A stretch of DNA of 64,000 bases from Octopus sinensis. Lineage: Eukaryota. Of the stretch, positions 40,823 to 54,305 are shown one piece after another; the first letter of the stretch is position 1; each line of letters starts with the position of its first letter. The notes below the pieces were generated by a model. The model worked only from the letters and a program-made list of their open reading frames with translations. It was not told where the DNA came from and did not search any database. The stretch spans positions 75,268,001-75,332,000 of the forward strand of contig NC_043006.1 in NCBI RefSeq assembly GCF_006345805.1. The letters run 5' to 3'. The position numbers were made by a program, and so were the translations under genes.

Positions 40823-41539
40823 TCGCCGCCTTTGCATGGACAAATAATAATGGAATAATGTTTAACTGTCCTGCACATGCACACACATGCACACATGTGT
40901 GCACTCACACAATCTAGTTCATAAACATGAGAGTGGTTAGGTTGATTGATTTTTTTCTTTTTTTCTTCTATTCCTCCCATCTTCCTTCTTTACTTTTCCT
41001 TCTTGCCTTTTCCTTTTTTCTTTCTTCCTTTATTTCCTTCCTTATTTCTTTCTTCCTTCCTTCCTCTTTTCTTTTTTCCCGTATTTTCCTCTTTGCTTTT
41101 TTTCTTCCCCCATTTCCTTCCCCTTTTCTTCCTTTCTCAGCAACAACAACAACACAACTATCCTACCCATAGTTCCATTGGCAAAATGGGTTTTGTATCC
41201 CTATACATATTTGTTTCTGGAATTCAATCTTGCTTTTTTCCCCCCACCAAAAAAATGAATATATGACTACAGGAGAAACAAACTGACAAAATATTGTTAC
41301 TATTAACAACAAACCTTTCGTTATTTATTTATTTGCCATTCAAACATATTGTGTCAAAGCTAGTTTTATATGAGATTTATTAGTTGTAGCGTTTGTATGT
41401 ATAATAAACTAAGTGTTTTCATTTCATCAATATTTTATATTTGTGATATTTGCATTTACAAGTTAGTTGTATTTTTTGGCTAAATATCATTGTGACTGCT
41501 GTTGTATTTGCTTCCTTTTACTGTGTGTTTATGATAGCC

Positions 41540-42410
41540 AGGAAAATCACCTCCGCAATCACCACTACCAGCACCACCAAAGCATCAAAATTACCACTAC
41601 CGAACTACCAAATGCCAAAACCACCTCTTCCAAAATTGCTACTATGAACACACCTTTCTATTAAAAAAAAAAAGAAAACAAAAAACAAGACATACCCATC
41701 ACTATCAAAATCACTACCACCAAAACCACCACTACTAAAACCAGCACCAACACCACCAGCACTTCATCCCACTATCCACCCCCTCCACCAATACCACTAA
41801 CACTAAAACCCCTACTATCAAAAACATCACTACTACTTCTACTGCTGCCACCACCACATCTACCATTGCCACTGCCACCTCTGCCACTGTCACCTCTACC
41901 ACTGCCACCACTGCCACTTCTACCACTGCCACTTCTACCATTGCCACTTCTACCACTGTCACATCTGCTACCACTACCATCACCACCTCTACCACTGCCA
42001 CACCCACCTCAGCTACCACCACCGCCACCTCTACCATGGCCACCACCACCTCTACCATTACCACCACTACCTCCACCATGGCCATCACCACCTCTACCAT
42101 TACCACCACTACCTCTACCACTGCCATCACCACCTCTACCCCTACCACCACCACATCTGCTGCTACCACCACCACCTCTACTGCTGCCACTACCATCTCT
42201 ATTACTATCACCACCACCTCTACCACTACCATCACCACCTCTACGACCACCTCTACCACTGCTACCACCACCTCTACTACTATCACAACCACATCTACCA
42301 CTGTCACCACCACCTCTACCCCTACCACCTCTTCTACCACCACCACCACCACCACCTTTACCACTGCCACCACCACCACCACCAATACCATCGCCAGCAC
42401 CATCAACCCT
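41540..42410. repeat. Degenerate (ACC/ACT)n trinucleotide array
   Basis: CACCAC/TACCAC units; open in three frames (poly-T, poly-P, poly-V). Confidence 0.9.
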
Positions 42411-43389
42411 ACCTGTGGTACTGTGTAATAGCTTTAAGTTCTACTGCAGATACTATTTAAATGCACAAATTTTTTCTTATTCTTTGCACCTATTAGAGTT
42501 TTTTTTCTTCTTATATATATTTCTTATTAAACCTGAGTCATACACTGTAAAAAGGTTGCTTACAGGTAGGGCATCAAACTGTAGGAAATTAGGCAAGAAA
42601 TTAACCACATGATCCACTCTGAACCATCTATGAATGGAACTGGATTGAGTCATGATGATCCATCCAACCTATGTGAAGGCATGTGGCCTAGTGGTTAGAG
42701 CATTGGGCTAACAATCATAAGGTAGTGAGTTCAATTCCTGGACTGGGCTGTGTGTTGTGCTCTTGAGCAAGACACTTTATTTCATGTTGCTCCAGTTCAC
42801 TTAGTTGTAGAAATGAGTTGTGACGTCACTGGTGCCAAGTTATATTGGCGTTTGCTTTTCCCTTGGATAACATTTGTTGCATGGAGAGAGGAGACTGGTA
42901 TGCACGAGTGACTGCTGGTCTTCCATAAACAATCTTGCCCACACTTGTACCTGAGAGAAGAACTTTCTAGGTGCAACACCTGACCAAAGAGGATTTCACC
43001 TGATCCATCCTGTGTTGGTGGCACATAAAATACACCATCCGAGCGTGGCCGTTCGCCAGCCTCGTCTGGCACCTGTGTCGGTGGCACATAAAAAGCACCC
43101 ACTACACTCACGGAGTGGTTGGCGTTAGGAAGGGCATCCAGCTGTAGAAACACTGCCAGATCTGACTGGCCTGGTGCAGCCTTCGGGCTTCTCAGACCCC
43201 TGTTGAACTGTCCAACCCATGCTAGCATCGAAAGCGGACGTTAAACGATGATGATGATGATGATGATGATCCAACCCACCTATGCCAACAGAGAAAATGG
43301 ATGTAAAATACTGATGTAAAACCAATTTTTCTATGTTAAGATTTGGCATTCTAATATAAATAAAAAAATATTTTTCGTTGCTTAATCAG

Positions 43390-43526
43390 GAAGAAAGGTT
43401 GTGCCTATGACTCATTCTGGGGCTTCTGAGGCTGATGGGAAGGAAGGAAAGGAGACAAAGGAGAAAGTTATCCTCAAACCAGAGACCTGGCTTGAATGCT
43501 TGCAAGACAGTGGTCTCCTTTATTAA
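43390..43526 (+). CDS. Candidate exon of an unidentified host gene
   Basis: Acceptor TTTTTCGTTGCTTAATCAG, then (G)RKVVPMTHSGASEADGKEGKETKEKVILKPETWLECLQDSGLLY*; no family recognised. Confidence 0.25.
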
Positions 43527-44458
43527 GGCACTCAAGGGTCAAATGATGCTCTAAAACTGGGCAGAAGAATAAGCCTAACACCAAAGAGCCAAAACCAATA
43601 CAGCCTGGCATGTTATTTGGTGCTGTAATGATATTACCACTCCACTGCTCTAGACTGGTACCTTATTGTCTTCAGAATGGTCTATTTTTCCTCCAGTCTG
43701 TGTGCTTGTATACACACACACACACACACACACACGCACGCACACGTACCCTTATCAGATACGTACTCATGATGGCTATATTGGGCTTTGTATATTTATG
43801 TCCCAGTGCCACTGAGATGGTGTGTGTGTCACACTCTCTCTTTCAACACTAACAATACTGGTTTCAAATTTTAGCACAAGATCAGCAATTTTGGGGTTGG
43901 GGGCTAGTCACTTACATCAACTGGTACTTATTTTTTTGACCCCTAAATAATTAAAGGCAAAGTTGACCTCGGCAGAATTTGAACTCAAAATAAATAAAAT
44001 GCCACTAAGCAGTTTGTCTGGCGTGCCAATGATTCTGCCAGCTCACCACCTTAATAATAATAATAATGATAATAATAATAATATTAACAACAACAACAAT
44101 AATAATCATCATCGTCATAAATTATAATAGTCTAAGTGTCATATTACTGATGTCATATCTTAAACTTCTCGACATATCATACCTTCTATTTATGTGGAAG
44201 TTTCTTTGAAGTTGTGGCATCGGTTTCATTTTGTGTGGGGTACAGAGTATATAATTATTGATTTTCTATGACTTCAATGATTTATATAAATATTAATACT
44301 TCTAATAATAACTTGCTATAGACAAGGTGTTACATTAATGATGATGTAATTTAAACTTCCTCAAATACTGTCTTGCATTCATGTATGACATTCTGTGATG
44401 TTTTAGGATCGGTTTCATTTGGCACAGGGTGGTGAGTAGTGGAAAATATAATATATAT

Positions 44459-44538
<80 letters not shown>

Positions 44539-44924
44539 AATGGTAAATGTAAATATGCTTATATATAAAAAGATGTGTGTGTGCGTGTGCGTGTGTGTAT
44601 ATATGTATATATCAAATGGATGTCTTATAAAACTATTCTGCACATACAGTAACAGCCATACCAACAATCCAACACGCCTCCAACATCACTTGCCCCACAG
44701 ATATCACAATGGTTTCGACACCTGGGCAATACCATTCAATCCGGTGGTGTTAACAGCACTAAAATAAGTTGTTTGGGAACAAGCATACTTTAGTTATCTC
44801 CACTTTCATTCAATCTTAATTCTAAGAAGGGTTAAACACTTTTGGTATGCAAATTAGGGACTCCTTCATAGAGTAACTGCTGCATTTGTTGAGTATATAA
44901 ACTGTTTGGCTGCTTGTTTCTCAG

Positions 44925-44970
44925 GGGACTGTCAGATTGATGTGGTCGCCTTTGATGAGAACCGAATAAG
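44925..44970 (+). CDS. Candidate small exon
   Basis: Acceptor CTGCTTGTTTCTCAG; reads (G)DCQIDVVAFDENRI; weak donor AG|GTTAAA. Confidence 0.2.
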
Positions 44971-46871
44971 GTTAAAAAATTAATTACAGTCTGTGGAGGA
45001 ATGACTAAAATTTGCCCTGTTTATAATTATACCATATGTTTTATATGTATATATATGGAAAAAAAAGTCAAGATAGAACATGCTAAAATAATTTTATAAA
45101 AAACATTTCAGTACCGGTTTCAGTCATTGAGAGTTTTTCAACTGTAAGTATGGAAAACAATTAAATTTTGGAAAAATTAAAAGAAAAGTTTTTTTTTAAA
45201 GAATATTTACATAGTATTCAAATGCAAGTGGCATTTTCCTTGTTTCTGCCTGTTTCTGTCTCTATTATTTACTCTTGTGGGTTCGAGGTTGTTATATATA
45301 TATATATATATATATATATGAATATGTCTACGTATGTATGTTTTTACATACATATGTATAATTATTTGCAGGATCCGATAGAATTGAGGTATTTTAATAA
45401 GAATTACACCAAAGTAGAGCCGAGGGCCGCATACCCACGTATCAACAATGTGTATAGACACCCATGTGCTTACGAAACCATGCACAAATTTGTCCTTCCA
45501 GTCATGCATACATTTACAAGTATACAAATACACTCAGTGTACAGGTAAAATCACACAAAAATATACCCTGGTATTGAGTCCATGGCTCACTGTGGGCTCA
45601 TGATCCAACGTAGGGAAGGTTCCAAGTGTGGTCTACTATAAATAATGACACAAATGGGTTGAGGTTTACTGCAGCTGTTTCAGACATGTTATTATTATTA
45701 TTATTATTATTTTTTATTGATGAACGAATCAATTATATCATGCAAAAAACCTGTTTTCTTCAGGGGAATTAAAATTCAGATAAAATTTAACATTCAAGAT
45801 TTTTCACACAAAGGGTATTGAATGCATATTGATTCTCTCATCTTGGTACTGACACTAAGCGAGATATATTTCCATTAATTAGTTATTAATGAGGCAAATA
45901 AGAAGTAACTGTATTGAAACTGAGTCTGTTTGATGCTGTTCACCAGGAATTTTCTTAGTCTATACAACTTTACTCCTGACATAGCCTGTATGTGGTCAAT
46001 CACTCTACTAGAAATAGCAGCTAAATCCCCCTCCCTTGATCCCTTTACGTCACATACTGCTGTCTTAAAAAAAGAAGGATATGGATTATGTAATCCCTCA
46101 TATGCAAAACGATTGGTTGGTTATTCATCTGCTTGAAATCATCATCATCAGCATCATCGTTTAACGACCGTCTTCCATGGGTTGGACAGTTCGACTGGGA
46201 TCTGGGAAGCCAGGAGGCTGCACCAGGCTCCAGTCTGATCTGGCAGTGTTTCTACGGCTGGATGCCCTTCCTAATGCCAACCACTCCGTGAGTGTAGTGG
46301 GTGCCTTTTATTTAGAATAAGTACTAGGCTTAGAAAGAATAAGTCATGGGGTCGATTTGCTCGACTAAAGGTGGTGCACCAGCATGGCCACAGTCACATG
46401 ACTGAAACAAGTAAAAAAAAAATGTCTGAACCTTTGTTTACATGATCATCTCCAGCAGTCTGTTATTTTATGTGGTGTCCCTCCTAATTGGTTGGAGCCC
46501 CCGACTGTTAATTGAAAGGTATGGTGTCGTGCTGAAGTGGAGTGATTTGAAACTGAATGTAAGAAACTGTGTGAAAAGAGGAGAGATTGTCATCAACCCC
46601 ACCCTGCTCCTGTTGTTCGGGGGTGAGTTTCGATGCCCTCAGTTCCACAGGATCTACTTGTCTTATCAGTCTTCTTAGCCACGTCTGCTCCCATGAGAAA
46701 CAATGTTTTGGAGGCAGAGGATGATGAATACCCTGGATTGATGCTGTCATCACCTTTGATGGGCTGTCATAAGCAGTAAAAGGGTCATATGAACCTCCCC
46801 CGCTCTCCGTTTGAGAACCCGTGACATAAACACCTACCCACAGTCTTATACACATAAAGAGAAATATACTC

Positions 46872-46928
<57 letters not shown>

Positions 46929-47187
46929 GGAGAGAGAGGAAGAACGACAGAGTGAAATAGAGGAGAGAGACGAGAGAGTTGGAGAGACATCAAACAAAGA
47001 GCAACATCAAAACGTCTGGCCTTAGATAACTCAATATGGAACAAGCAGTGCGGAAAACGTCTCCTACCAGAGACTGGAGGTATGACAGCCAGTCATATTG
47101 CGATAAATCATCTTTAATGTGAATAAGAATTATAATGGAAAACTTAAGATTAAGATTAATCACAATATAGAATTTAGTTAGTCTGTG

Positions 47188-47618
47188 GGATCTTTTCGGT
47201 TTGAACGGCAGTTTTTAAAAATAATTTCCACGTAACTAAGCACTTTTAAACTTCATATACTGGTAGAATGTGTTTATAAAACATCTTTTTCTTTTGGCTT
47301 TATTGAGAAAATTCTATAGTTTGTAAGATATTTGTTGTTGTTTTTTTCTTCAATTTCTGCAATTTCAACCAATCAATAACGTCTATTGAGGTGAAAACAT
47401 TCTGTGCCGTATGAATATGTCCCTCGTTTAAGAAACAGATTGGGTTTATCTACATTTCTGAAGAAAAAAAGATACCCTTTCCTCACACCCCTAACCCTAA
47501 CCCTAACTAACCCTAAAATAGATTGAAATGCAATAGATCGATACTAGGGTCATAATTATGGGTGACAATTTCATATGACACCGCTAGGAAAAAACTGCCG
47601 TTCAAACCGAAAAGATCC
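47188..47618. mobile_element. Merlin-like MITE, copy 1
   Basis: Perfect TIRs GGATCTTTTCGGTTTGAACGGCAGTTTTT; 8-bp TSD AGTCTGTG at 47180-47187 and 47619-47626. GG termini with an 8-bp TSD fit Merlin. Confidence 0.8.
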
Positions 47619-48145
47619 AGTCTGTGTTTTACCGAGTGACAGGATGGTGACAAGTGGATTAGGTCAGCATGAACAGGTCTGACATTTTGGGGCTTAACAA
47701 TAATAGCGACGGTAACTGCGACAGCAACAGCAATAACAACGACATTCTAATTAAAGTTTGACACTGCTTTGTGACTGTGTTAAGACATGTACGAATTGTT
47801 AGACAGTTCAATTAGTATGCGCAGCCTCTATTGACTTCTCGGCAGCTCTGACTGACTCACTGATAATCTATACAAACATGGGTATTGATTTCTTAGCTAA
47901 GTGAGTGTTAACATATTTTATGCATAGAACATCCAACAAGCAGACCGAGAATAATAATAATAATTCTGCTACCATGTGGGTTAAAAGGCTTGCTTAGCAA
48001 CGACCCGGTCTTGGGTTTGATCCCACTGTGCGGCACTGTGGGCAAGTGTCTTAGCTCAAGGCCAACCAAATTTGTTTGAATGGATTCAGTAGAGGGGAAA
48101 CTGAAAGAGGCCCATTGGGTATATATGTGTGTGTGTGTATATATA

Positions 48146-48184
<39 letters not shown>

Positions 48185-48571
48185 GAGAAAGAGAGAGAGG
48201 GAGAGAGATAGAGCAATAAGAAAATGGAGGGGATCAATAACTTTTAGACATTATATTATGTCAATTTATTTATCTACTAAAATGACATGCACACATATAT
48301 ACACACAAACACACACATGTATATCTGTGTGTGTGTGTGTCTTTGTGCTGATTCCCCACCACTGCTTGAAAACCAGTGCTGGTTTGTTTACATCCCTGTA
48401 GCTCAGTAGTTCGACTAAAGAGATTGATTGAGTAGGTACCAATCTTGAAAACAAACCACACCGGGGTCAATTTGTCCGATTAAACCCTACAATGCAGTGC
48501 CCCAGCATAGCCATGGTTTAATGACTGAAACAAAAAATAAAAGATTAAAAAAAGACTGCACTGGAGACTGC

Positions 48572-48945
48572 TTTTTTTCTGTACTAGTGTTAAGATCTTC
48601 ACTTCACGTGAATTTCTAGGAACTCCGTTTTTGATGAATTGCTGTTACTGACCTTCACTGAATTTATTGGTTTCTGTATTTCAACCCGTCTTTATAAACA
48701 AAAACTCCAGTTGGTCAAAATAACAATGACAATAACAACAACAACAAAAAAAAAAACTTTTGTGGCGGGGGAAATTTAGTTGGTAGGAACAGTGTTGAAA
48801 CTTGTTGAGTAATATGTCATCAGGGAATGACCGGGTCAGTGTGGTGCTAAACAATAGCCAACTACCACCACCATCACCCACAAGAACAACCACCGCAACT
48901 AATAACAACCACACTACTGTCATACCAACGACGTCATCAACAAAA
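48572..48945 (+). repeat. Diverged local segmental repeat, copy A (partner 51557-51950)
   Basis: Colinear similarity including a near-identical core GGTAGGAACAGTGTTGAAACTTGTTGAGTAATATGTCA.CAGGGAATGACCGGGTCAGTGTGGTGCTAAAC. Confidence 0.85.
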
Positions 48946-49155
48946 GTGTTTCGCTCAAGAACACAAGGAGGAGACGTTGTCATCGACCGCCCCTCCCCCC
49001 TGCAACTATTGTTTAGGGTCACTTTCAGTGCCTTCGTTTCCATAGGATCTGTCTACCTCGTACTGGTCTTGTCAGTCATGTCTGCTCCCATGAGAAACAG
49101 TATGATGGAGGCAAGGAAGGCGGCATTAATCCCTGGTAGATACTGTTTAGATCGT

Positions 49156-49543
49156 GGAGGCGCAATGGCCCACTGGTTAGGGCAGCGGACTCGCGGTCAT
49201 AGGATCGCGGTTTCGATTCCCAGACCGGGCGTTGTGAGTGTTTATTGAGCGAAAACACCTAAAAAGCTCCACGAGGCTCCGGCAGGGGATGGTGGTGATC
49301 CCTGCTGTACTCTTTCACCACAACTTTCTCTCACTCTTACTTCCTGTTTCTGTTGTACCTGTATTTCAAGGGGCCGGCCTTGTCACTCTCTGTGTCACGC
49401 TGAATATCCCCGAGAACTACGTTAAGGGTGCACGTGTCTGTGGAGTGCTCAGCCACTTACACGTTAATTTCACGAGCAGGCTGTTCCGTTGATTCGGATC
49501 AACCGGAACCCTCATCGTCGTAACCGACGGAGTGCTTCCAAAA
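49156..49543 (+). mobile_element. Full-length young family 3 SINE
   Basis: 12-bp TSD ACTGTTTAGATC at 49142-49153 and 49544-49555. Confidence 0.9.
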
Positions 49544-50576
49544 ACTGTTTAGATCCTTGAAAATGATGGATTGCACACAGTGTGTCTATGTTGCTAGTAT
49601 CAGCTTTGCTTTTCATTCTTCTGGGGTCAATAATTTTTATACTAATTAATGGATCTTCGTTATTACTCTCTATGTAATTTTTTTCTTTCATTGGTTGTCT
49701 TTCGACATGGTGAAATATAGACAGGAGAAATTAATTGCTTAGATTTTTCAGATATGTATCTGATAGAATTTGTGTGGCATAATAATATTATTATACACTC
49801 AAGGTGGCGAGCTGGCAGAAACGAAGGATGAAAGGCAATGTCGACCTCGGCGGAATTTGAACTCAGCACGTAAAGACAGACGAAATACCTATTTCTTTAC
49901 TACCAACAAGGGGCTAAACACAGAGGGGACAAACAAAGACAGACACACGGATTAAGTCGATTATATCGACCCCAGTGCGTAACTGGTACTTATTTAATCG
50001 ACCCCGAAAGGATGAAAGGCAAAGTCGACCTCGGCGGAATTTGAACTCAGAACGTAAAGACAGACGAAATACCGCTAATAATTTCGCCCGGCGTGTTAAC
50101 GTTTCTGCCAGATCGCCTTGTGCCTTTATTGGAGGGGCAGGGCTTAATGGTCAGGGTGTAGCAATAATGCTCGTAAGACTGTTGTTTTGATTCCTGGAAC
50201 AGACAATGCGTTGTTCTTGAGCAAAACACTTTGTTTTATGTTGCTCCAGTTTACTCAGCCAGCAAAAGTGAGTTTTCCTGCGAGGGACTGGCATCCCATC
50301 CAGTGGGGTGTACATACACCAGAGAATCCTGGAAACCCACCCTATGAGTCTATATGGCTCGGAAAAGAGCTTTTTTTAAAAATTATCTTATAATAGAAAA
50401 TATTGTCAATGGTTAGAAACACATTTTAATGAATTGTGCAATTATTATTTTAATTTTTTGTACCTGTCGCTGTTGATGTAAGTAAGATGTTTGAAAATGT
50501 TTAATTAATTATCAAATTTAATGCACATAGCATTCATCAGTTTGATTATAATGTTTAATTAATTTGTCTTTTGCAG

Positions 50577-50645
50577 GTAAGTTCCACAAATTTTTGTCAA
50601 TAAAATTTTAAGAAATCCTTTGAATATTCAATACGAAAAAACGAG
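50577..50645 (+). other. 69-nt non-coding exon / recursive-splice-type site
   Basis: TTAATTTGTCTTTTGCAG|GTAAGT...GAG|GTAAGA: strong acceptor immediately followed by a perfect donor, second donor 69 nt on; stops in all three frames. Confidence 0.55.
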
Positions 50646-52126
50646 GTAAGAAATTAATTATAAACTATCTTAAAATTCTAATTAAGTTTGATTAATAGAT
50701 TTCAGTTATGAATTTATTCAGCATGTCATATGCATGTCTTTAATGATTTCTCAACACTTTTGTAATTTACTCTCAACAGTTAATTATTTTCATATACGAC
50801 TGATGAGGATGACGTGTGTAATAGCAGCAGTAGTAGTAATAGTAATAGTAGTGGTGATAGTGGTTGCGATGGAGTGAGAATATACGTGGTTTGGTCTTCT
50901 CGGGATATCAAATAATATTCCTACTTTACCAGCAGTTAATTGAATGGTATGACAGTATGGATATCCAATGATACGAAAACATGCAAATATTTATGAGTTT
51001 TCAAAACATATTCCACGGATGGAAATCGATGCCTAAAGAAAAAAACAAAAATGAAAAAAAAAACAAAACAAATGAAAGATAAAACACAACCGGAATAACA
51101 GTAATGTAAATACATAAACAAACTTGTATGTATTCATACACCCACTGTATTGACACAGTCACAAATATATATACACACACATATCCATACATACACATAT
51201 ATTTACACACATACATATATATTCATACACCTGCACAGACATATATATATATACATGCATATATATCTCTTTTACTTGCTTCAGTCATTTGACTGCGGCC
51301 ATGCTGGAGCACCGACTTTAGTCGAGCAAATCGACCCCAGGACTTATTCTTTGTAAGCCTTGTACTTATTCTATCGGTCACTTTTGCCGAACCGCTAAGT
51401 TACGGGGACCTAAACACACCAGCATCGGTTGTCAAGCGATGTTGGGGGGACAAACTCAAACACATACACATACATACGTATATATATATACAAATTTAAT
51501 TTGTCTGACTATGAAGAGTGCCACTTGCTTGGCAGTCGATAGCCAAACTATTGTTCTTTTTTTCTGTACTTTCTGCTGAAGACGAGAGATCCTCCTCCTC
51601 CCAGTGATAAGATCTTTACTCTACGTGACAATTGTACATAACAGTGAATTTTTAAGAACTCCGTTTCTTATGAATTGTTGTTACTGACCTTCACTGGATT
51701 TATTGGTTTCTGTATCTCAGCCCGTCTTTATAACAAACTCCAGTTGGCCAAAAGAACAATAACAACAACAACAATAACAAAATACCCTTTTGTGACGGGG
51801 GAAATTTGGTTGGTAGGAACAGTGTTGAAACTTGTTGAGTAATATGTCAGCAGGGAATGACCGGGTCAGTGTGGTGCTAAACAAAAGCCAACCACCACCA
51901 CCATCACCAACAACAACCACACTACTGCCATACCAACGACGTCACCACCAAAACCACCACCACAACTAATAACAACAAAACTGACACGAACAACAGCAAC
52001 ACCACCACCACCATTACCAACAGCGGCTCTACCACCACAACCACTGCCATAAACAACATGACCAACGCAACCACCATTACCAATAGCAACAGTAATATCG
52101 TCACCGCCGCCGCCACCGCCACCACC

Positions 52127-52158
<32 letters not shown>

Positions 52159-53139
52159 CAACAGCAGCAGCAGCAACAGTGACAGAACCCCCTGGCACCA
52201 CAACCATTACTGTTTCGATTCCTGAAACTGGGCGACGCGTTGTGTTCTTGAGCGAACCACTTCATTTCATGTTGCTCCAGTCCACTCAGCTGGCAAAGAT
52301 GAGTAATCCTGCGATGGACTGGCGTCCCGCCCAGGGGGAAGTGGATGTATATGCCACAGAATCTGGCGCTTACGAACTAATGTGTCAGGAAGGACTACCA
52401 TTAACAACAGTACTACCACCATCACCACCATCACCACAACCAACAACAGCAACAATGGCAGAACCCCTACAACAACAACGGCTTCATGACATGGGTGGAT
52501 TGACTCGAGACTATGATGGGGGAACATTTTGTCTAAAATGCTGAAAGAGCAGAATCGAACTCGTAATTCCAGGATTGCGATGTATACTTCTTAGCTACAC
52601 TACACGACACCACGCCACACCACACTCACACGGCCATATGCTCAGGGAAGTAGCAGTAAATGTCAGGAAAAAGAAAAGATCAAGGTTCCTTCCTGACACA
52701 TTAGTTCGTAAGCGCCGGTTTCCCGGATTCTGTGGCATATACATCCACCTCCCCCTGGACGGGACGCCAGTCCTTCGCAGGATTACTCATCCTTGCCAGC
52801 TGAGTGGACGGGAGCAACGTGAAAGGAAGTGGTTCGCTCAAGAACACAGCGCGTCGCCCGGTCCAGGAATCGAAACAGCAGTCTTACGATCATGAGTGTA
52901 AACGCCTTGACCACTAAGCCACGTCCCATCCCCCAAGATATATGCCCCTCCTCCCCCCATCCACACACCACACAATCATGCCTTCACTTAGCTTCGTTTG
53001 TTTTTGTGACGTTTCTTCATTATCAGGTGATATATTGTCAGCAGTAAGTAATTATTATTAACCGATTCACACGTGTCCACCTTGGTGTAATAACTGGTCA
53101 CCATTGTATATGGTTATTATAATTACCTGGTGGACAGCA

Positions 53140-53374
53140 ATAACAACAACAACAACTACAACAAATACAACAGCAGTAGTTGTAGTAGTAGTAGCAATAC
53201 TGGTGGTAGTAGTGGCAATAGTAGTGGTGGTGGTAGTAGCAAGAGTAGTAGTAGTGGTTGTGGTGGAAATGGTAGTGATAATAGTGGTAGTGGCGGCGGC
53301 TGCGATGGTGGCGTTTTTAGTAGTAGTAGTGGCAGCGGCAGTAGTTGCGATGGCGGTTGTTTGTTGTTGGAGTA

Positions 53375-53411
<37 letters not shown>

Positions 53412-53600
53412 CAGCAGTGGTGGTAATAGTAACAGCAATAGTAGTAGTAGTAATAGTGGCGGTAGTAGTCGTGGTGGCGGCCATGCTGGTATTTGTAGTA
53501 GTTGTAGTGGTAATGGTGATTTGAGTAGCAGACGTAGTGGTGGTATTGTTTTTGGTAGAGGTAGTAGTTGTAGTGGTGATAACCTTTGCTGTAGTGTTGG
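53140..53600. repeat. Degenerate (GTA/GTG)n array
   Basis: Direct reading; produces poly-V/S/T ORFs. Confidence 0.9.
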
Positions 53601-53919
53601 TGATAGGGGCCAGCGTTTATACAGACAAACGGAACGCCCAATGCAGCGCATACACTCTCACACACCCGAGTGCATTTTCTCCTCCTAGGAGCAGAGAACA
53701 GGGGTCCGTCGGGTGTGAAGCTTGTAAAGAGAGTGCGGTAGACAAATTGGTGTGTTTAATAAAATTAGCTCAGATAGTAGAGCAATCGTTTAGCACGCGA
53801 GAGATATCGAGATCGATTCCTGTTGGATTCTTCCTCCATATGTTATAATTTCATTGGCGGTGCCGCAGCATGGCCATACCTTTTAGGCTTAAACACGTAA
53901 AAGACTAAAGGGGTTACCC

Positions 53920-54305
53920 AACTTAGTACGTCTGTTTTTGTCGTCGATGACCAAGGATATCGTATGGGCGAAGAAGACGGAGCTCGGTATGTCCGGCTAT
54001 GGCCGATTGGTCTGATGCGCGCTCCGAGGGCCCTACCGCAAGTCGGGCACTGGTTGTCTGCTGCGATTGGAAGCGAGGGGTTGGCTCTGAATTTGAGTAG
54101 TTCGCGTTTTCTTTGTGCCTCTGCAATCCTGTTCTGTCCGTAGGAAGTTAGTACCTCTGAGAGTACAGCTTCGCCAGGCAGGGAGGTCCTGTGTTTGCAT
54201 TCCATGGGTCGGGGTTCATATCAAAGCTCTTCACTGAATTTTTTAGTGTATCTTCGAAGCGCTTTTTCTGTCCACCTTGCGTGCGCTTGCCTTCTTCCTG
54301 TGCTG
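53920..54305 (-). mobile_element. RTE-clade LINE 3' fragment
   Basis: QEEGKRTQGGQKKRFEDTLKNSVKSF..PW and AEAQRKRE...CPTCGRALGARI..IGHSRT (RTE C-terminal zinc finger), frameshifted. Confidence 0.85.

Noticed and set aside
41735-42612. Mucin-like poly-Thr, poly-Pro and poly-Val ORFs (also 51866-52207 and 53067-53688)
   Set aside because: Degenerate trinucleotide arrays with no splice context or domain.
47489-47516. True telomere or chromosome fusion site
   Set aside because: Only four hexamers, inside a MITE, with no head-to-head arrangement.
48681-49043. Duplicated minus-strand exon TTLTRSFPDDILLNKFQHCSYQ (partner 51717-51920)
   Set aside because: Two of three differences between copies are non-synonymous and the donor is not conserved.
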